Origin: Azolla caroliniana
Taxonomy: Eukaryota; Plantae; Polypodiophyta
Direction of reading: 5' to 3'
Length of the DNA: 64,000 nt
Assembly (NCBI GenBank): GCA_043228905.1
Contig: JBHGNT010000010.1
Location: 15,190,001 to 15,254,000 of the forward strand
The number at the start of each line of letters is the position of its first letter. Position 1 is the first letter of the stretch. Below are positions 24,801-39,100 of this stretch, piece by piece. The position numbers were made by a program, and so were the translations under genes. The notes beneath the pieces were generated by a model. It was given only the letters and a program-made list of their open reading frames with translations. It was not told the DNA's origin and made no database searches.

Positions 24801-27057
24801 ACATGCACACATACACACATTCATCATGCATGCATACCTACATGCATATACACATGCATACATGTATGTATGCATGAATATATGTATGTATACATGCGTG
24901 TATGTATCCATGGATGGATGGATGCATACATCCATGCATTCAGCATCCACACACACATTCTGCGTACCACCTACCTACCTTCAACCTACATCCTATACTG
25001 TACGTTTACTTATGAGTATGCCTATCTATCTATCTATCTATCCATCTTGTGAACATTGTTTTACATTCATTCCTTCATATAACTGGTGCCTATTTTCTTT
25101 AGGGTGTCGGTATATTACTTTCTGGATTATTCGGTACTTCCACTGGATCTACTGTCTCTGTGTATGTATTCCCAAACTTGCTTTTCTGGTTATGGTCTAT
25201 TATGGGCATACATATAACCCACGTTAATTTGTGGATAGATACTTGGTTAGACACAACGTTGTGTGTATATAACATTGCCCAACAATTGTTTGAGAACCCC
25301 AGGTCAATCTCTAGTATTATTTTGATTTGATGGGTTGTTTCAAACCTTCTTGACGTTAGCATGATCTTACTTTTACTTTCTAAGTGTTCAAATAAACTAA
25401 TGGTGATGATTTTTGCAGTGAAAACACTGGTCTCTTGGGAATTACTCGGGTGGGCAGTAGGAGAGTACTACAAATAGCAGCAGGATTTATGATTTTCTTC
25501 AGTGTTCTTGGTTTGTCCTCTTGTTAAACTGTGAAATTCCTTTATTTATTTTCTTTTGTGCATTAATGTACATGCTTTAATACTATAAAACATGTTTGAT
25601 TATTCTAAGAATGACTCTCATATATGTATATATATGATACATAGATAGATAGAGGTGAGAAGCTAAAAAAATAAATATGCTTTTGTCAATATAGGGAAGT
25701 TTGGAGCCTTTTTTGCATCGATCCCTTTTCCAATATTTGCTGCAATATATTGTGTCTTATTCGGCGTTGTCGGTAAGCCATGCCATTCTCAATGGTTTAC
25801 AAACTCATTCATCTCATTAAACTATATTCTTACTAAGATTTTGACACCCAAAGTGAGGAAGGGAAAACATATAAAACCGGTGAAATTCGTATTGATCGAG
25901 TCTTTGGAAAACAATGCTTTTATTATTATGTTAAATGTTTATAAAACTAGTTGATCTTATATGTAAAAACGTTTCATATGGGTTTTTTATTTGTTATGAT
26001 CTTTTTGTGAGTTACAGCCGCAACAGGTATCTCATTCCTCCAATTTACAAATTTGAACTCATTGAGATCACTATTTATTGTGGGAACATCATTGTTCCTT
26101 GGGCTTTCCATCCCTCAATATTTCAATGAGTACACGGCAACGGCTGGATATGGTCCCGTTCGCTCTGGTGCAAGATGGGTAATTGTCTCTCAAAACTTTC
26201 CTTCAAATAATGTTCTTTTGCTTCAAGTGGGTTTTGAATTTCAGAGCTTTGCTCTATTTTATAATAATATAATAGGGGTTTTAAGGTTTATGCTTTGTAT
26301 CGTCAATCTTCATGGGTTTAGGTTTACAGAACTATTGTGTTTTACCATATATAACAAAACAATACATCTCAAAGTTGAGAGGTTTTAGAGTTATGCTCTA
26401 CTACATCGCATTTTGAAGGTTGATCAGAAATTAGAGATTTAGATTATAGTATAGGGCGTTAGAGCTATGGTCTATCATATTTCAAAGATTTATTGGAAAA
26501 TAGAGACTCAGAGTTAGAGTTTGAAGATTGATTGGAAGTCAGTGATTGTATGGTTATTGTCAGCCATACATACAATACATTTCAAGAACTTAATGGTGAT
26601 TAGAGATGTAGGATTCAATGTGGTCATTACGTAAATGGACGATCCAGATGTTGTCATGCATCAATTGACAACTACTTTTTACCTTTTAAACCCGAACCAT
26701 TAAGCGTGAATATATCTTATTTATTTTTGTTTCAACCATAATTTCAACACTCGATATTATAAACCCTAAATACTAACCTCTAAAACTTGGGACCCTAAAC
26801 ACTAATCTGCAATTTTGTTTTGTTTGTATCTGATGACATTAAAGTTCGATGACATCCTTGACGTCATCTTTTCATCACAAGCGACAGTGGCGATGATTGT
26901 CGCAGTAGTTTTAGATCTCACGTACCAAGTGAGGGCGTCAAAAATTGATCGAGGCATGCCATGGTGGGCAAAATTCCGCACATTCAAGGACGATATTCGA
27001 AGCGAAGAGTTCTACTCCCTTCCTTTCAACCTCCACAAGTTCTTCCCACCAACATGA
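21892..27057 (+). CDS. NAT: Nucleobase-ascorbate transporter (NAT/NCS2 family, NAT1/NAT2 clade), 14 exons, 522 aa
   Basis: Exons 21892-21976, 22196-22293, 22540-22716, 23243-23343, 23498-23573, 23878-23937, 24034-24218, 24442-24538, 24664-24750, 25103-25161, 25419-25510, 25695-25772, 26018-26178 and 26845-27057 sum to 1569 nt, with GT-AG introns in consistent phase. Motifs: YCIDSNPPW, LGFQHY, NAT signature ENTGLLGITRVGSRR, C-terminus EEFYSLPFNLHKFFPPT. Confidence 0.96.
22704..22976 (+). repeat. Tandem duplication spanning the NAT exon 3 donor site
   Basis: 22704-22831 is repeated at 22832-22976; the second copy has an extra 17 bp. Confidence 0.92.
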
Positions 27058-30000
27058 TATATATTGATCTCTTTCTCTCTCTCCCTCTAGAATCTTAATC
27101 ATCTACATTCTTTCTCTCGACACACTATTCACATGCCTCATGTTTACAAGGCGATATTAACCAGCCAAATATCGTCTCGTCGAGATGTCGTCATTTATGG
27201 GCATATCGTGCGAATTTTGACACGGTGCATATAACATAAAGCCAAATGACAACAAAAGTTGAACACCCAAGACCTTCATTCATTTGTATGTTAAAAATTT
27301 AGATACTTATTTCTAATGGAATTGTCTACAAGTGAAATATGCAAATTTTGATACTCTGATGACAAGATTTCCAGGCCTCGTATGTTTATTTCACGAGTGA
27401 TTTCATAATGGAACAAAGGATTGTTCGTCACCTTTTATTGCCATTTCTTGATTTTTGCACCCAACTAGTTATGAATAACATTTTAAATCGCAAAATGATT
27501 GCAAGAAACTTTCAAGAATTTTAGATTTGTAATGCTAGGTTATTTTCTGTCTATAATGATATTAACTATATAACTTCCAACAAAAGAACTTGGGTTGGTG
27601 GCCTCAAGAATTGGACCTGCACCATCATTTTTGATTGATGGATTGATGGCCTCACCTAGACATTAGTCTGGTGTGGTTTGATCTTATAGGATGTTGACCC
27701 TTGATGGAAGGACGAGTTTGTACATGAGATGGGGTTTGGATATCTGGTGTGAGTGTTCCCTTTGTTGAAGACTGAAGTTACAAACAAGAACTAAAATGTC
27801 ATTTTGGTCAATGAGTGACTCTTGCCCATACACTGGCGTGGGTTGATCCTATGAGAGGTTGAGTCTTGAGGCAAGAACTAGTTTGTTAGTCACATGTGTT
27901 TCTGTTATTGGTTGATCAATCCAGTGTACGTGTTTTCATAGTTGGTCACTATGCAAGTAGCTTGTTTCATGTCATGTGTGCAAGTTGATATCTTGGTGAC
28001 ATGCTATCGTCTACATCTTCATGTCATCTTGCATACCTCATCTTATAGTTGGGCTAATGTTAGTGTAATGAGCAATAAAAAAAGAAGTGTGTTGTGGGGT
28101 GAACAAAAAATTGAAAATTGTCATTGATAATAAAAATTACAAAATGTTTGTGTGCCCATATGGTATTAAATATTTGATGTATAAAATGTTACCACCAATG
28201 AATTAAAGTTCAATGGTTACCATATTTTTTCTAAGAGGTAATTAATTGAGAAAGAGTTTTTGTTGATTACATGAATAAGGTTAATGGACTATTTGGAAAT
28301 AGCATTGTAGGTGGGTCCTCCCCAATCAAACCGTGCACTAGATGACGTTATTGCATGAGATATAGAGTGAAGCTATAACCACGCTAAAGAGCTAATACGA
28401 TGGCATCAGAAGCGGATCCGATGGAACCGAAAGGCAATGACTAGCCTTCATCCAACGATGGTCCTCCTCTCCCTTTCTTGAGTTAGTGAACCTCCACATA
28501 AGATGGAACTATCGAGTCCCTTTTGTGGCTTGTATATAACATTCACAGTAAATTTTTATAACTAATGAAAGGAGTTTGTTTTTGGAAAAAAAGAAAAAGG
28601 TTTATATTCTATAAGCTCCTTAATGTTCAATTCTCTTAGAAACATTGTTTGTTGGGCCTAAATTATGGACATTGAAATGTTTTGCATTAATCTACATTGT
28701 CAACAGTCTAGATAAATACAAACCATTATAACAAACAGGACACATGTTAGGTTGAGATTGAGGACATAAATGGAGAATTGAAGTAAACAATGCTCCCTCT
28801 TTGGACATCATCGATTTGTTCTTGCAACATAATGCTAAAGTGCTTGGAAGGTTGTCACTACCACCCCACCAACATTTCATTTCATTTATTGTGGCCAATA
28901 ATGCTTTGTTGACAACTTGTTTCAGCGACAAGCTTTGTTGATAACATGTTTTAACGACATTTCATGAATAAAACCATAACTGAAAGTAAGAGAGATACCA
29001 ATAACATTCTACTATGTAGATATGTGGTTTTCTTCTCCAAGAGTTTTTTTACATCTAAGTTCTTAAATAGCTACACATTTACCACAAGAAGTTGCTAGCA
29101 TAACTTATATCTAATTGTGATAAAAGAGATTAAATGAAAGAAATGGGCAAGATAAGGTAATTAGTAATAACTTTATTGTTCTTCATCTCATATCAAGATA
29201 GGGAGACAAATGTTTTAAAATTATATTAAAACAAACAAGAAGTTCTTGAAGAAACAAGTTCTTCAACATTAAAACATTGGGATCCAATTGTTGCAAAAGA
29301 ACACACACAATAGAGCTTTTGCGGTACTGCGTTTAACATCACACAATGCAACATGTAGAGAAGAGGTATAAACATACAACGCCTCCAATGCCATACATAG
29401 ATGTGTGTTTTTGGGTACAAAATAGTTGGTTCAAGTTGCATAAGTATTTGGGCACACATACACAAATGCACATGTGCACACCACACACACATATACACAC
29501 ACACATACATCCTCTATAGAGAGAACTTGGTGACGTAAGTTTGTAACTCATTGATAATGTTATTAGTATATGTTTTTAGAATGTACATACTTACAATATG
29601 AAACAACACGATTTAACTAGCCACTAAGGTGACAAACATTGATAGTCACATATCACTAGATCTCAAATTAAATGCACAGAGCTATGTAATATCTACTCAT
29701 ATTATTCTTCAAAAAACTGCTTTCATGTGAAATGATCACACCACACTAAGAACATGGAACCCCCAAAATGTTTGTTTTTTCTTACATGAATTCTTGGGAT
29801 CTATATTTATACAAATTAGAGATGTGATGGCATAATCCTAAATATCCAAACTCCAAAGATTTTTAACGGATATTCTTCTCATTTTGTTTTCACAAAAGTG
29901 ATTGCATTGAGTTCCGACGAACATGATCACAATTATGATTTTGTATCCACAACATTGTTTATCATTCATAACTCCAAGGATGACCTTAATGTTTATTAAA

Positions 30001-32116
30001 CGATCTCCATAAAGAGATCCATTGTTTTAAGAAGCCTAGTTTGAAATACTATTATAACAAAATCTTTAGTAGGACGAGGAAGACCATTATTATTTTTGCC
30101 AAGGCCAAGTTGAAATGTTTCTTTGAAAGCTTTTCTTAGGGAACGAGCTCTACTTAGTGTATTAAATAAAGCAATTGTTTTTATTTAATATTAAGTCATC
30201 CTCTTTTTGGCCCTTGATATTTTATGCTTTTGTTTGATCCTCCATTGAATAGGCTAAGTTCATAAGCTAGCAGAGATGAGGAGTACACCAAAATGTGCCA
30301 TGCATGTAATTCCCTTATTTGTTGTGAAAATGTGTTTGTATAGAAGATGAATTCAATAGTTTAGTCACTCATAGTCATTCTATGTAAAATTTATGTCACT
30401 TGCACTTATTTTAGACGTAGTGGACAACCCATTGAACTAATATAATTGGTATGAAAATTGGTTGGTAATGGATAACAACCCATCGTATAAAGTTTGCATC
30501 CATCCGTGCACTTTCTTTCAAAAGAAAAATAATCGCGGACGCAAAATAAAGCAATTTTTTTGTTGATAGATCTACTTGAAACTCTAATTTCAGTTAATAG
30601 ACTTAAAACTATCTTACAACCACAAATACATTAATTATATGTGCTATGTGAACATGTTAAATATTGTACTAGAATTCGAACTCATGCACACGAACATGCA
30701 CCTACTTAGAAAGTTTTTGATTAAGAAAAAGAACACCATATGTAGATAGTAGGTTGGTATCCCAAGGCGATTGGTTGCTTAGAATCCAAGTCTCGGAGTC
30801 CAACAAAGGATCGGAAAGTTACATCAAATAGTGAAAATGTGAGCGTCTTCATAGAAAAGTGAAACTAGATTTTAGGAGGGGAAGGACAAGTGAAAAGATC
30901 AAGAATTCGGTAGGGTCCACACACAAATAGGGAGAGTTGTTCCTACGTAGCAAACTTACACTTCCTCAAGGGATGTCATATTCAAAATTGAAACCTCGCA
31001 TTTGAATCCAAAACTTTGCAAACAATCTTGATTTGGGCTTTAAATATAAGACATGGTGCATGTGTGTAGGCTTGATACAATATATTATCGATGAAAAGTG
31101 GACAAAAAGAGATAGCTCATTCGCTAAGGTTCATATAACTTGCACCCAATTGTGTTAGGCAATGAGAGCATCACGATCTGTCGGATAGTGAAATGTGAAT
31201 ATTGATTGTGTAAGTGTAAGCCTGATCAAAATGTTTTCCACCCTCAACCTCATGATGCGAAACTATGTGCACTCATTTTTTTTGATGATGTATATTTTGC
31301 CTTTTGTTCTCACCGTTGAGCCCTCTAAGATGTTTTTAGTTCTTCGTTACTCTAATCCAACAAAATGAGACTTTATTTTGGAAAAAAATAAAATAAAATG
31401 AGACTTATACCTTGTCCAATTGATCAACACTTAGTCCTCCCTTTTAAACCTTTGGGATCATAAACCCATTAATCTATCCACCACCAAAATATGAGCATAT
31501 TACAAAGTGGTCAATCTTAATCAAATGTGAATCTTAGCCAACTAAACTTGTGAACTTTAGGGATTGGTGAAAGATCCAAAATAATTGTGCCCCAAAATTT
31601 GACAACTTAGCTAAATAAACGAGGAACATATTGAAACTCTATCTACCATCAACATATGGATGATAACTAATTTTCATGTACATGGGCACATGTGCATCAT
31701 GACTTGTTCAAATATAGTGGCATGGGAACCTTGCATGCAACTCTAATATGAAGCCATACATATTCTTTTTTCCATGGACAACCTTTGGGATGCTAACTTA
31801 TTTGTTGGGCTTGATGAGTGCTATGTTTTGCTCGACCATAAGTGAACCTAATAGAATTATGGCATGTCCCCAAACCCTAGCCAAGCAATACTTGTCCACG
31901 GGCATGACACCTATGAACTATTTCATTGGCTCACTCAAGTAGAGCACATATATGCCGCATTGGGACCATGGAATTGGTGCTGAGCTACCCGAGAAAAATG
32001 TGCTTGGCCAATGTTTGTGGGTGTGAACCCAACTAACCTTGGTATACACCCAAGAGTAGCTATGTAGAAATAGACTCCCAATTCTTCTTCTTCTCCTCCT
32101 CCTCCACCCACAAAAA

Positions 32117-32701
32117 ATGGAAAAGAAGGAGAAGAGTTCAAGCCCATCTTACTGCATTCTCTCCATTGTAGCTCTTATCCTATTACTCCTCCTCCTTACA
32201 ATCCTCTACTTCTCTCTCTTCAACCCACAGAAGCCAATTCTCACAATTGACTCCATCTCACTCCAAAACCCTACTCCACAATCTCTATCACAAACCAACC
32301 ATATGGTACCTCATGGCCTCATGACCATATGCCTAAACCTCTCCCTCTCAAACCCTAATAACAGGGCCACATTCTACTATGAAAATGTGGGCACCTCCCT
32401 ATACTATAAGGGCAAAGAATTAGGGTTTGTGATGGTCCCTAGTGGAGGAATCAGGTCGAAATCAACAGTAAGAATCTCCATGTTCTTGGGTCCCATGGGC
32501 CCTTCTTCTTCAAGTATGTTAAAAGACATAGAGTTTGAAGAAGCCATGGGTCATCTTGTCACATTTACCAGTGACATTTCTATACTTGGAGACATTACCT
32601 ATTTTGGTAGCTTTAGCCATCATGTCTCCATATCTAGCCATTGCGTCCTCAACCTTTCTCAAGATGGTGTGGTGACTTATACTTGTAATCAACTCAACTA
32701 A
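32117..32701 (+). CDS. LEA_2 / NDR1-HIN1-like (NHL) membrane protein, intronless, 194 aa
   Basis: N-terminal TM helix (ILSIVALILLLLLLTILYFSLF) followed by P-x-x-P-x-L-x-I. Also LSLSNPNNRATFYY, SLYYKGKELG and a C-terminal HVSISSHC…C, all typical of the LEA_2 family. Confidence 0.85.
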   Translation: MEKKEKSSSPSYCILSIVALILLLLLLTILYFSLFNPQKPILTIDSISLQNPTPQSLSQTNHMVPHGLMTICLNLSLSNPNNRATFYYENVGTSLYYKGKELGFVMVPSGGIRSKSTVRISMFLGPMGPSSSSMLKDIEFEEAMGHLVTFTSDISILGDITYFGSFSHHVSISSHCVLNLSQDGVVTYTCNQLN

Positions 32702-33055
32702 ATGTAGTGGTAGTGGCCACTTTTGTAAAGATAAAGATTAAAGCTTATACTTTGGATTCTCGCCAGTTTTTCTAATGTGTTTGTTGGTTGTTCCCATACA
32801 CTAGTAATGGACTACATCATTGTGACTTGGTAAAAATACTAAATTTATCGGCTTGTTTTTGCTCGGAAGGTAAGGTTGCTCAATCATACCCACCACACTA
32901 TGTGCGGGGTGCCTATGTTGTCAATCTACAGGGATAAATCCTTTGTCCTAGGAGGAAATTCCATGTTCATTCATGTTTGTTCCGTACACTTTTGATCGCG
33001 ACTAGTGGAGAACTTACAATCAAGAAAGGCCGAAAATCATTATACTCATAACGAC

Positions 33056-33335
33056 CTTATACTTCTACTGGTAGTCCACTATATGGATCCTTCTCAATTT
33101 AAGATGTTGATGCCGTATACAACTAGAATTATAATAAAGCGTAGTTGCTTCTCGAATTTGTTATGTTGGACCATTCTTGCTTAGCTTATACTTCTACTTG
33201 TAGTCCACTATATGGATCCTTCTCAACTTAATATATTGATGCCATATACAACTAGAATTATAAGTATACAATTAGAATTACAATAAAGCGTAGTTGCTTC
33301 TTGAATTTGTTATGTTGGACCATTCTTGCTTAGCT
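33056..33335. repeat. Local tandem duplication (~130-150 bp x2)
   Basis: CTTATACTTCTACT(G/T)GTAGTCCACTATATGGATCCTTCTCAA…GGACCATTCTTGCTTAG occurs twice head to tail. Confidence 0.88.
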
Positions 33336-35754
33336 CAACACTAGGCTCGTTTCTTATACTTGTAATCGACTAAATTGTGACTTGTGGAGATATTAAGTTG
33401 GGACCCTTCTTTAGCATAAATACATATTTCTTGCCTATGTTCAAACTCAACCACACTATTGTGACTTGTAAAGACTAATATTATCTTATAATGTTGCTTA
33501 TAAGTTACATATTTGGATTAAGACTTTTAAAGATGTATTGGGACTTGTTGTAGCTCATTATGGAGTTGTGTATATTTGTAACCAACAAAAATGGTGGTAA
33601 AATGTAAAGATACATTTCTTGACATTTTATTAGCTTATGTTGTTTGTGTATATTGGGGGAGTGTAACTTGCAACAATGTCATAGAATGATCCTTCTTAGC
33701 TAAATATGTTGTTGCGTTTGGAGATTACGATGTTTGTACTTTATGTCAATTCCTTCCCAGCTTAATTTGCCATGGCTCACATTCGTAATCTACTCAATGT
33801 AATGGTAGTTATTTATAAAGATAAGTATAATTATATTGGACCCTATTAGGTTATGATTTGTATCATTGCATTGTAATGGGTAAATATGTTACATTCTAGC
33901 CTTGTTAGTTTATTATTGTTTGCTTGTATTTGTAAGCAACTGAACGATTGAAACTTATAAAGATAGATCTTTCTTAGCTTAATATTTTGCAAGTATATGG
34001 TGAGTTCCACATGTTTTGGATCTTTGGAATGGTAGTCCAAAAGAAGTAGAGTCTCATACTAGGTTGGTCAACCATATGCTAAAATCGGTTTGGTTGTGAA
34101 AAAACTAGACTTGGCAAGACTCGTTGGGCAAGTCTAGCCTAAGCTGCCACACCTGTAGAGTGTTTGCTCACGTAGGTTGGAATATAACTTGCTCTCAACT
34201 AAGGCTTTTCATGACTTGTGGCGATGGACATGAATTGGTCTTACTTACAATGGCTTGATAGTGCTTCATTCTCATCTAGTCCCGTCGTCGGTTTACATGA
34301 GTTGGTCTAGCCTAAGGTGTTAGGCCAACAAAGTTGTGGGACTAAGGCTTGGCTAGATTCTTAAGACATCAGTTGTTCTAGACTTAAGATGCTAGGTTTG
34401 TGTTATATGATGGAGGAGTTAGAAGAATGGGCTTATCAAGAATCGAATTGGATTATCCTGGAAAAAATACTAAGCAAACAAGATTAATGCTTCCTTTCTC
34501 CCATAGATCATGGAACTAATGTTGTATGAACTAAAGCTTGACTAGAGTCATCACACATGAATTGGTCTAGTAAGGAAATAAAGTGGCATGAATCCAGTGT
34601 TTCACACCACTTAATACTAATGTTGAACACCTTTGACAAACTTCCACTCTTGTGGTGAGCTAGTCTTATAAGAAGCATATTTATACACACAGAACAACTT
34701 CAAACTTAAACTTTAGTAAAATGTGTGACATTTTTATGACTTCCTGGAATAAAATTAGATGCTTTGCGTTATATTTGTCAACTATCCTTTGGCAAAGGAA
34801 CAACGACAATAGATGCCTTTTGCATCAACCATTTTATAGTGGGTGACAATGTATGTGGTGACACGGTTAATCAGATTCATCTAAGGCCCTCTTGAATATG
34901 GTAGGACACAATTCTTTGATTGTGCTATTAAATCAAACTTAGCAAAAGTGAGAGATGGATTTTGCAACCCCATTGGCATCTTGTACCATTGATTTTGTAC
35001 ATGGATTGTACCTTGGATTTGGAGGAGGAACACACATTTGTAGCTAGAGCTTTGCCACTCGTAGAGTCTTTATGAAAATAATCAACTCTTCCTTTCATGA
35101 AGCTAGTTAGCCTTCTTTTATAGGCTCAAAACCGAGGCCCTTGTTTGTTTTATACTTTACTACTTAATTCAAACATTTTACCTTCAAACGAATGTCTTAC
35201 ACATTCATTGTACAAATACTTTTTTGTTTGAAGGTAATAAGTTCAAATCTTGGTATTGCCATTTTATCTTCATTCCTTAAAAATTAGCTTCTACCTACTA
35301 ACGTAAGGTTAAAGAATGACATTTTATATGACTATGCTCATAAAAAGTTAGTTCCTCCCTTTCATTAAGTAATTCATAGATTTTTAGAACTCTTTATACT
35401 TGTTAAACTTGACTTTTTTCCATCCCTTCCTTTGTTGCAGCCACAAACAAAATTTGATGCACCATTTAGAGAAATACACATATTATTCATTCCACAATGT
35501 CTACGTAGACAACATATGAATTCAGATCACCTCCAATATACTATAATCCCTTTTAACTCATCTTATATCTATATTATGTTATGATATTTAATCTATTGTG
35601 TGTGAATTATGGGGCAAGTGTCATCTTTCTCTTCATGATGAATCTCACATATCCATTTTCAAATAGAAGCTTGGTGCTTGTTTGTATGTGTGTCACATTC
35701 TTCGAAAACAATGCACATCATTATTACCTTTGTGATGGTAGACTTGCTTGCAAC

Positions 35755-36198
35755 TAACAATGGGAATGGTTTTGGCTCAAACCGAACTGAACCGTTAAGC
35801 CATGGTTGAAAGGTTTATTGGTTCCAAAACATTTTAATGGTTTGAATTTTCAATAAACGGTTCGGTTTTGGTTCGGTTCAATTCTAAAACTCAGGTTTAT
35901 AGGTTTTTGGTTAGCATTTTCTTTTTACCTTAATAGTTTATTAATTTAATGGTTATTTATCGATTTAATAAATTTAACTTAAATGGTTATTTAATTTAAT
36001 TTAAATTTGTTTATTTTGTTTAATTAGTTTGACTTAAATGGTTAGGTTAAAATTTTTTATTAAATGATTTGGTTTGGTTTCAACTTTTCCCTAAACGGTT
36101 TGGTTTACTTTTTCTTAAGTGGTTTGGTTTTTGTTTTATATAAACGGTTCGGTTCGGTTTTAAGGAAAAGAAACCGAACCGAACCGTGCCCATTGCTA
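35755..36198 (+). mobile_element. Non-autonomous hAT-type MITE (444 bp)
   Basis: Perfect 8-bp TSD CTTGCAAC (35747-35754, 36199-36206). TIRs TAACAATGGGAATGGTT / AACCGTGCCCATTGCTA, with subterminal AACCG/CGGTT repeats. Confidence 0.9.
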
Positions 36199-39100
36199 CT
36201 TGCAACCCCTTGTGCACGTCCGTAAGATATTGGTGCACACAAATCACACCCTATTCAACCTCAAGGTCTACAAATAGATATATGTTAAAAGACATGTGTT
36301 GTCATTTGACACACGTAATTTGTTGTATTTCTAGAAGAAAATTATCCATTCACATTGTTCTTATTGTACGATGAGTATGTAGATTTGTTTGAGTAGATTT
36401 AAGAGAAGCTTACGAGGTAACAAAAGCAATCAATTAGATTGTGGATGAATGCTCCAAATTGTCACCCAAGGGGAAGAAGGGGAAAACTGCATGCTTGGCT
36501 TCGTCTATCTCAAATGAGAATGGTGGGCCGAATGGGAAGTTGCATGCTCATGAGTGATTGTGTGGGATTCCCTTCAATTCTTTGAATTGGCCCACCATAC
36601 TTGAACATGAAGATAGCAAATCCCTCATGTAGAAAACATTTAGCACAATTATGGTTTTAAATATTGTTTCATGGAATGCACTCAAAAAGAGGCTATAGAG
36701 ACCATGGATATGCCGAGGTGTTGTATTAGTTTTGAACAGATGCAAGACAATATATGTAATTGTTTACTTTAATTTTAATACCAATGGAGGATATTTTTTA
36801 TGGGGAAAAAATCCCTCATGTATCATCCACAAGTTAGAAGCTCCAACCACAACCCCCAAAGAAGCATGTGTGGGGCACTACCTTCTACATCCAATCATCG
36901 TAATCTAAGTAATGAAAAATATGATTGACAACAATGTTCTAGACAACTATGATGGTTTTGACTGTGTATCCCCCACATTATCTCCTAATTTTAGTCTTAA
37001 TATTACAATTTAGTATTGATATGAACTATACAACCACAATCCATAATACAAATTTCCCCTAAGATAATTACATTAATAACTAAGATAATACCATTAGTAC
37101 CTCATTCCCATCACCTACCTCTATGGATAATAGTTCATTAGTTCTCCTTGTAGACATCCATCGATGGTACAACCCTCAACCCTAGCCTAGACCATTGCCT
37201 CATAAATTGCGAAGACCCCAAAATGTAGATAAACTCCTTGAAACATTAGATATCATTCCTACTGACACACATCTCAAACCCTTTTTGCATTAACGAACAC
37301 AAGATTCTAGACATAACTCACCCTTAACATTGGGGCCTCACTTTCTATCTCATCAATGATCTCACTTGGTTACAAATGCTAGTCTTTGGTGTCATGTCCT
37401 AATCATGCCATTGACCTATATGCATGACTTCGAGACAATGGCGAACATGAGCTTCTCCTACCCACAGATGTAAGACAACATTAATTGCACAAGACAAGTG
37501 GTGGATAATAGAATATGGGAAAGGCAAAAAAGAAGCAAGGGCAATGAAGAAGAAGAAGAGACTAGATAAAATCCAATACAACCAATAATTGGCACTGAAC
37601 TTCGTGAGGACAACTAGGGTGGGAACCCCCTTTACATACAACTAGGTATGCAAAAGCTAAGCCATGAGTGTTTGCCACCTTGCATACAAATCACCTTGTG
37701 ACCACTCTTCTAACATTAGATTAACCATACAATATATTAACACATAAACTTTTAGATTTTCATGTCTAATATCACATTGCATTTTGTTGCAAACCATCCA
37801 ACATAGCCATCGACTTCCTCCACAACTCCGTCCAACATGCATTGACACTTCTACTTGCTCATGATCACTTGAGAGGGATTTTGTTAGAGATAGATAGCCT
37901 AACTAATGTAGAAACACTCATTTATGTCGTGATGTGGCATCTATGAAGATAGAAAGATGCCCATAAGGCATGGGATTCTAGTAGAAGTGGATATTGAATG
38001 AAGAAGGGAGAGGAAGAAGATGTAAAGGTCAAGTGAGCATCTAATAACCAAGTAAAGGCAAATGAGGAAAATTGAAGGGCTATAATGTATAGACACCATT
38101 AACTAGGATAAATGTGAATAGATAGACACCATGCCATAAATTAGTTGTGACTTTGGGACCTAGAATAGGGTTGTGGAATGTTTTACCCCACTTATCAAAA
38201 GAAAATCTGAAATTGAGGGTTTGCCTTTGGTGAAACAAAACTGAAATTTCAATGAAAATTGTTGGCAAAGGTGATCTTTGGATTTGACTTTGAAAACAAG
38301 CTCCATTTTGCTAACATTTGTCATCTTTCTTAAACTTACTATTCCACAAGCTCAAATTGTAGAAAAAGACTGAAGATAAAACTCAAACTCCTGAAAATTG
38401 GCCTTAGCCTAGGATCATATCTAAATGGCTCTAGTTAGATATGAGAACAACCAACATAGGGATTGACATGAAACAAAGATGCTCATTGTGAGACCAAGAC
38501 GAACGATAATGCACTTGACCTTCACATCAAGCCTTGCACTAGATTGACTAAACCTATGTTTGGCTTGAATCTAGGTTCTACACTACCCCTTTTCACACCT
38601 TACCCCTTCCTTTACCATTCACATTGCATTCACTTGATCCACCTTCAAGGAAAACATTATGTTCTACAAAACCTTCCACTTTAATAAAAATATAATCACC
38701 TAAACTACCCAAATATGTATACATATATGCTTACCCTTAATTAGAAGCACAATTGAATGCTCAATAAGGTAAACAAATGCCTGAACAGGTATTGGATGCA
38801 TGATCAAGTAAAGGCCTTTGGCTGATTTCCCATCAAAGATCTATATGACATACATGATTTCTATGAAACATTTTCTCAAATACTCAGATTTATGAACCAA
38901 AATTTTGCAGCATTCCTCTCAAAAAAATCTATATGATAGCACATTGACTACACTAATGTAAAGATAGAAATTCTGCTCTCTGCAATTTTAACACAATATC
39001 ATGTGTAGCTTTACACATTGTGCACAGATTTTCAATGCTAAAATTTCATCACATCCCTTATGAAGTGAAGCACATTTGGATTATGACTTACAGTTTTCTG

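Noticed and set aside
24727-25227. 166-aa ORF within NAT
   Set aside because: Read-through of intron 9 simple repeats (TACA/TGCA) from exon 9.
28405-28450. CCGATGGAACCGAAAGGC as a hammerhead core
   Set aside because: No properly placed GAAA-stem III-UH and no closing stem I; too degenerate.
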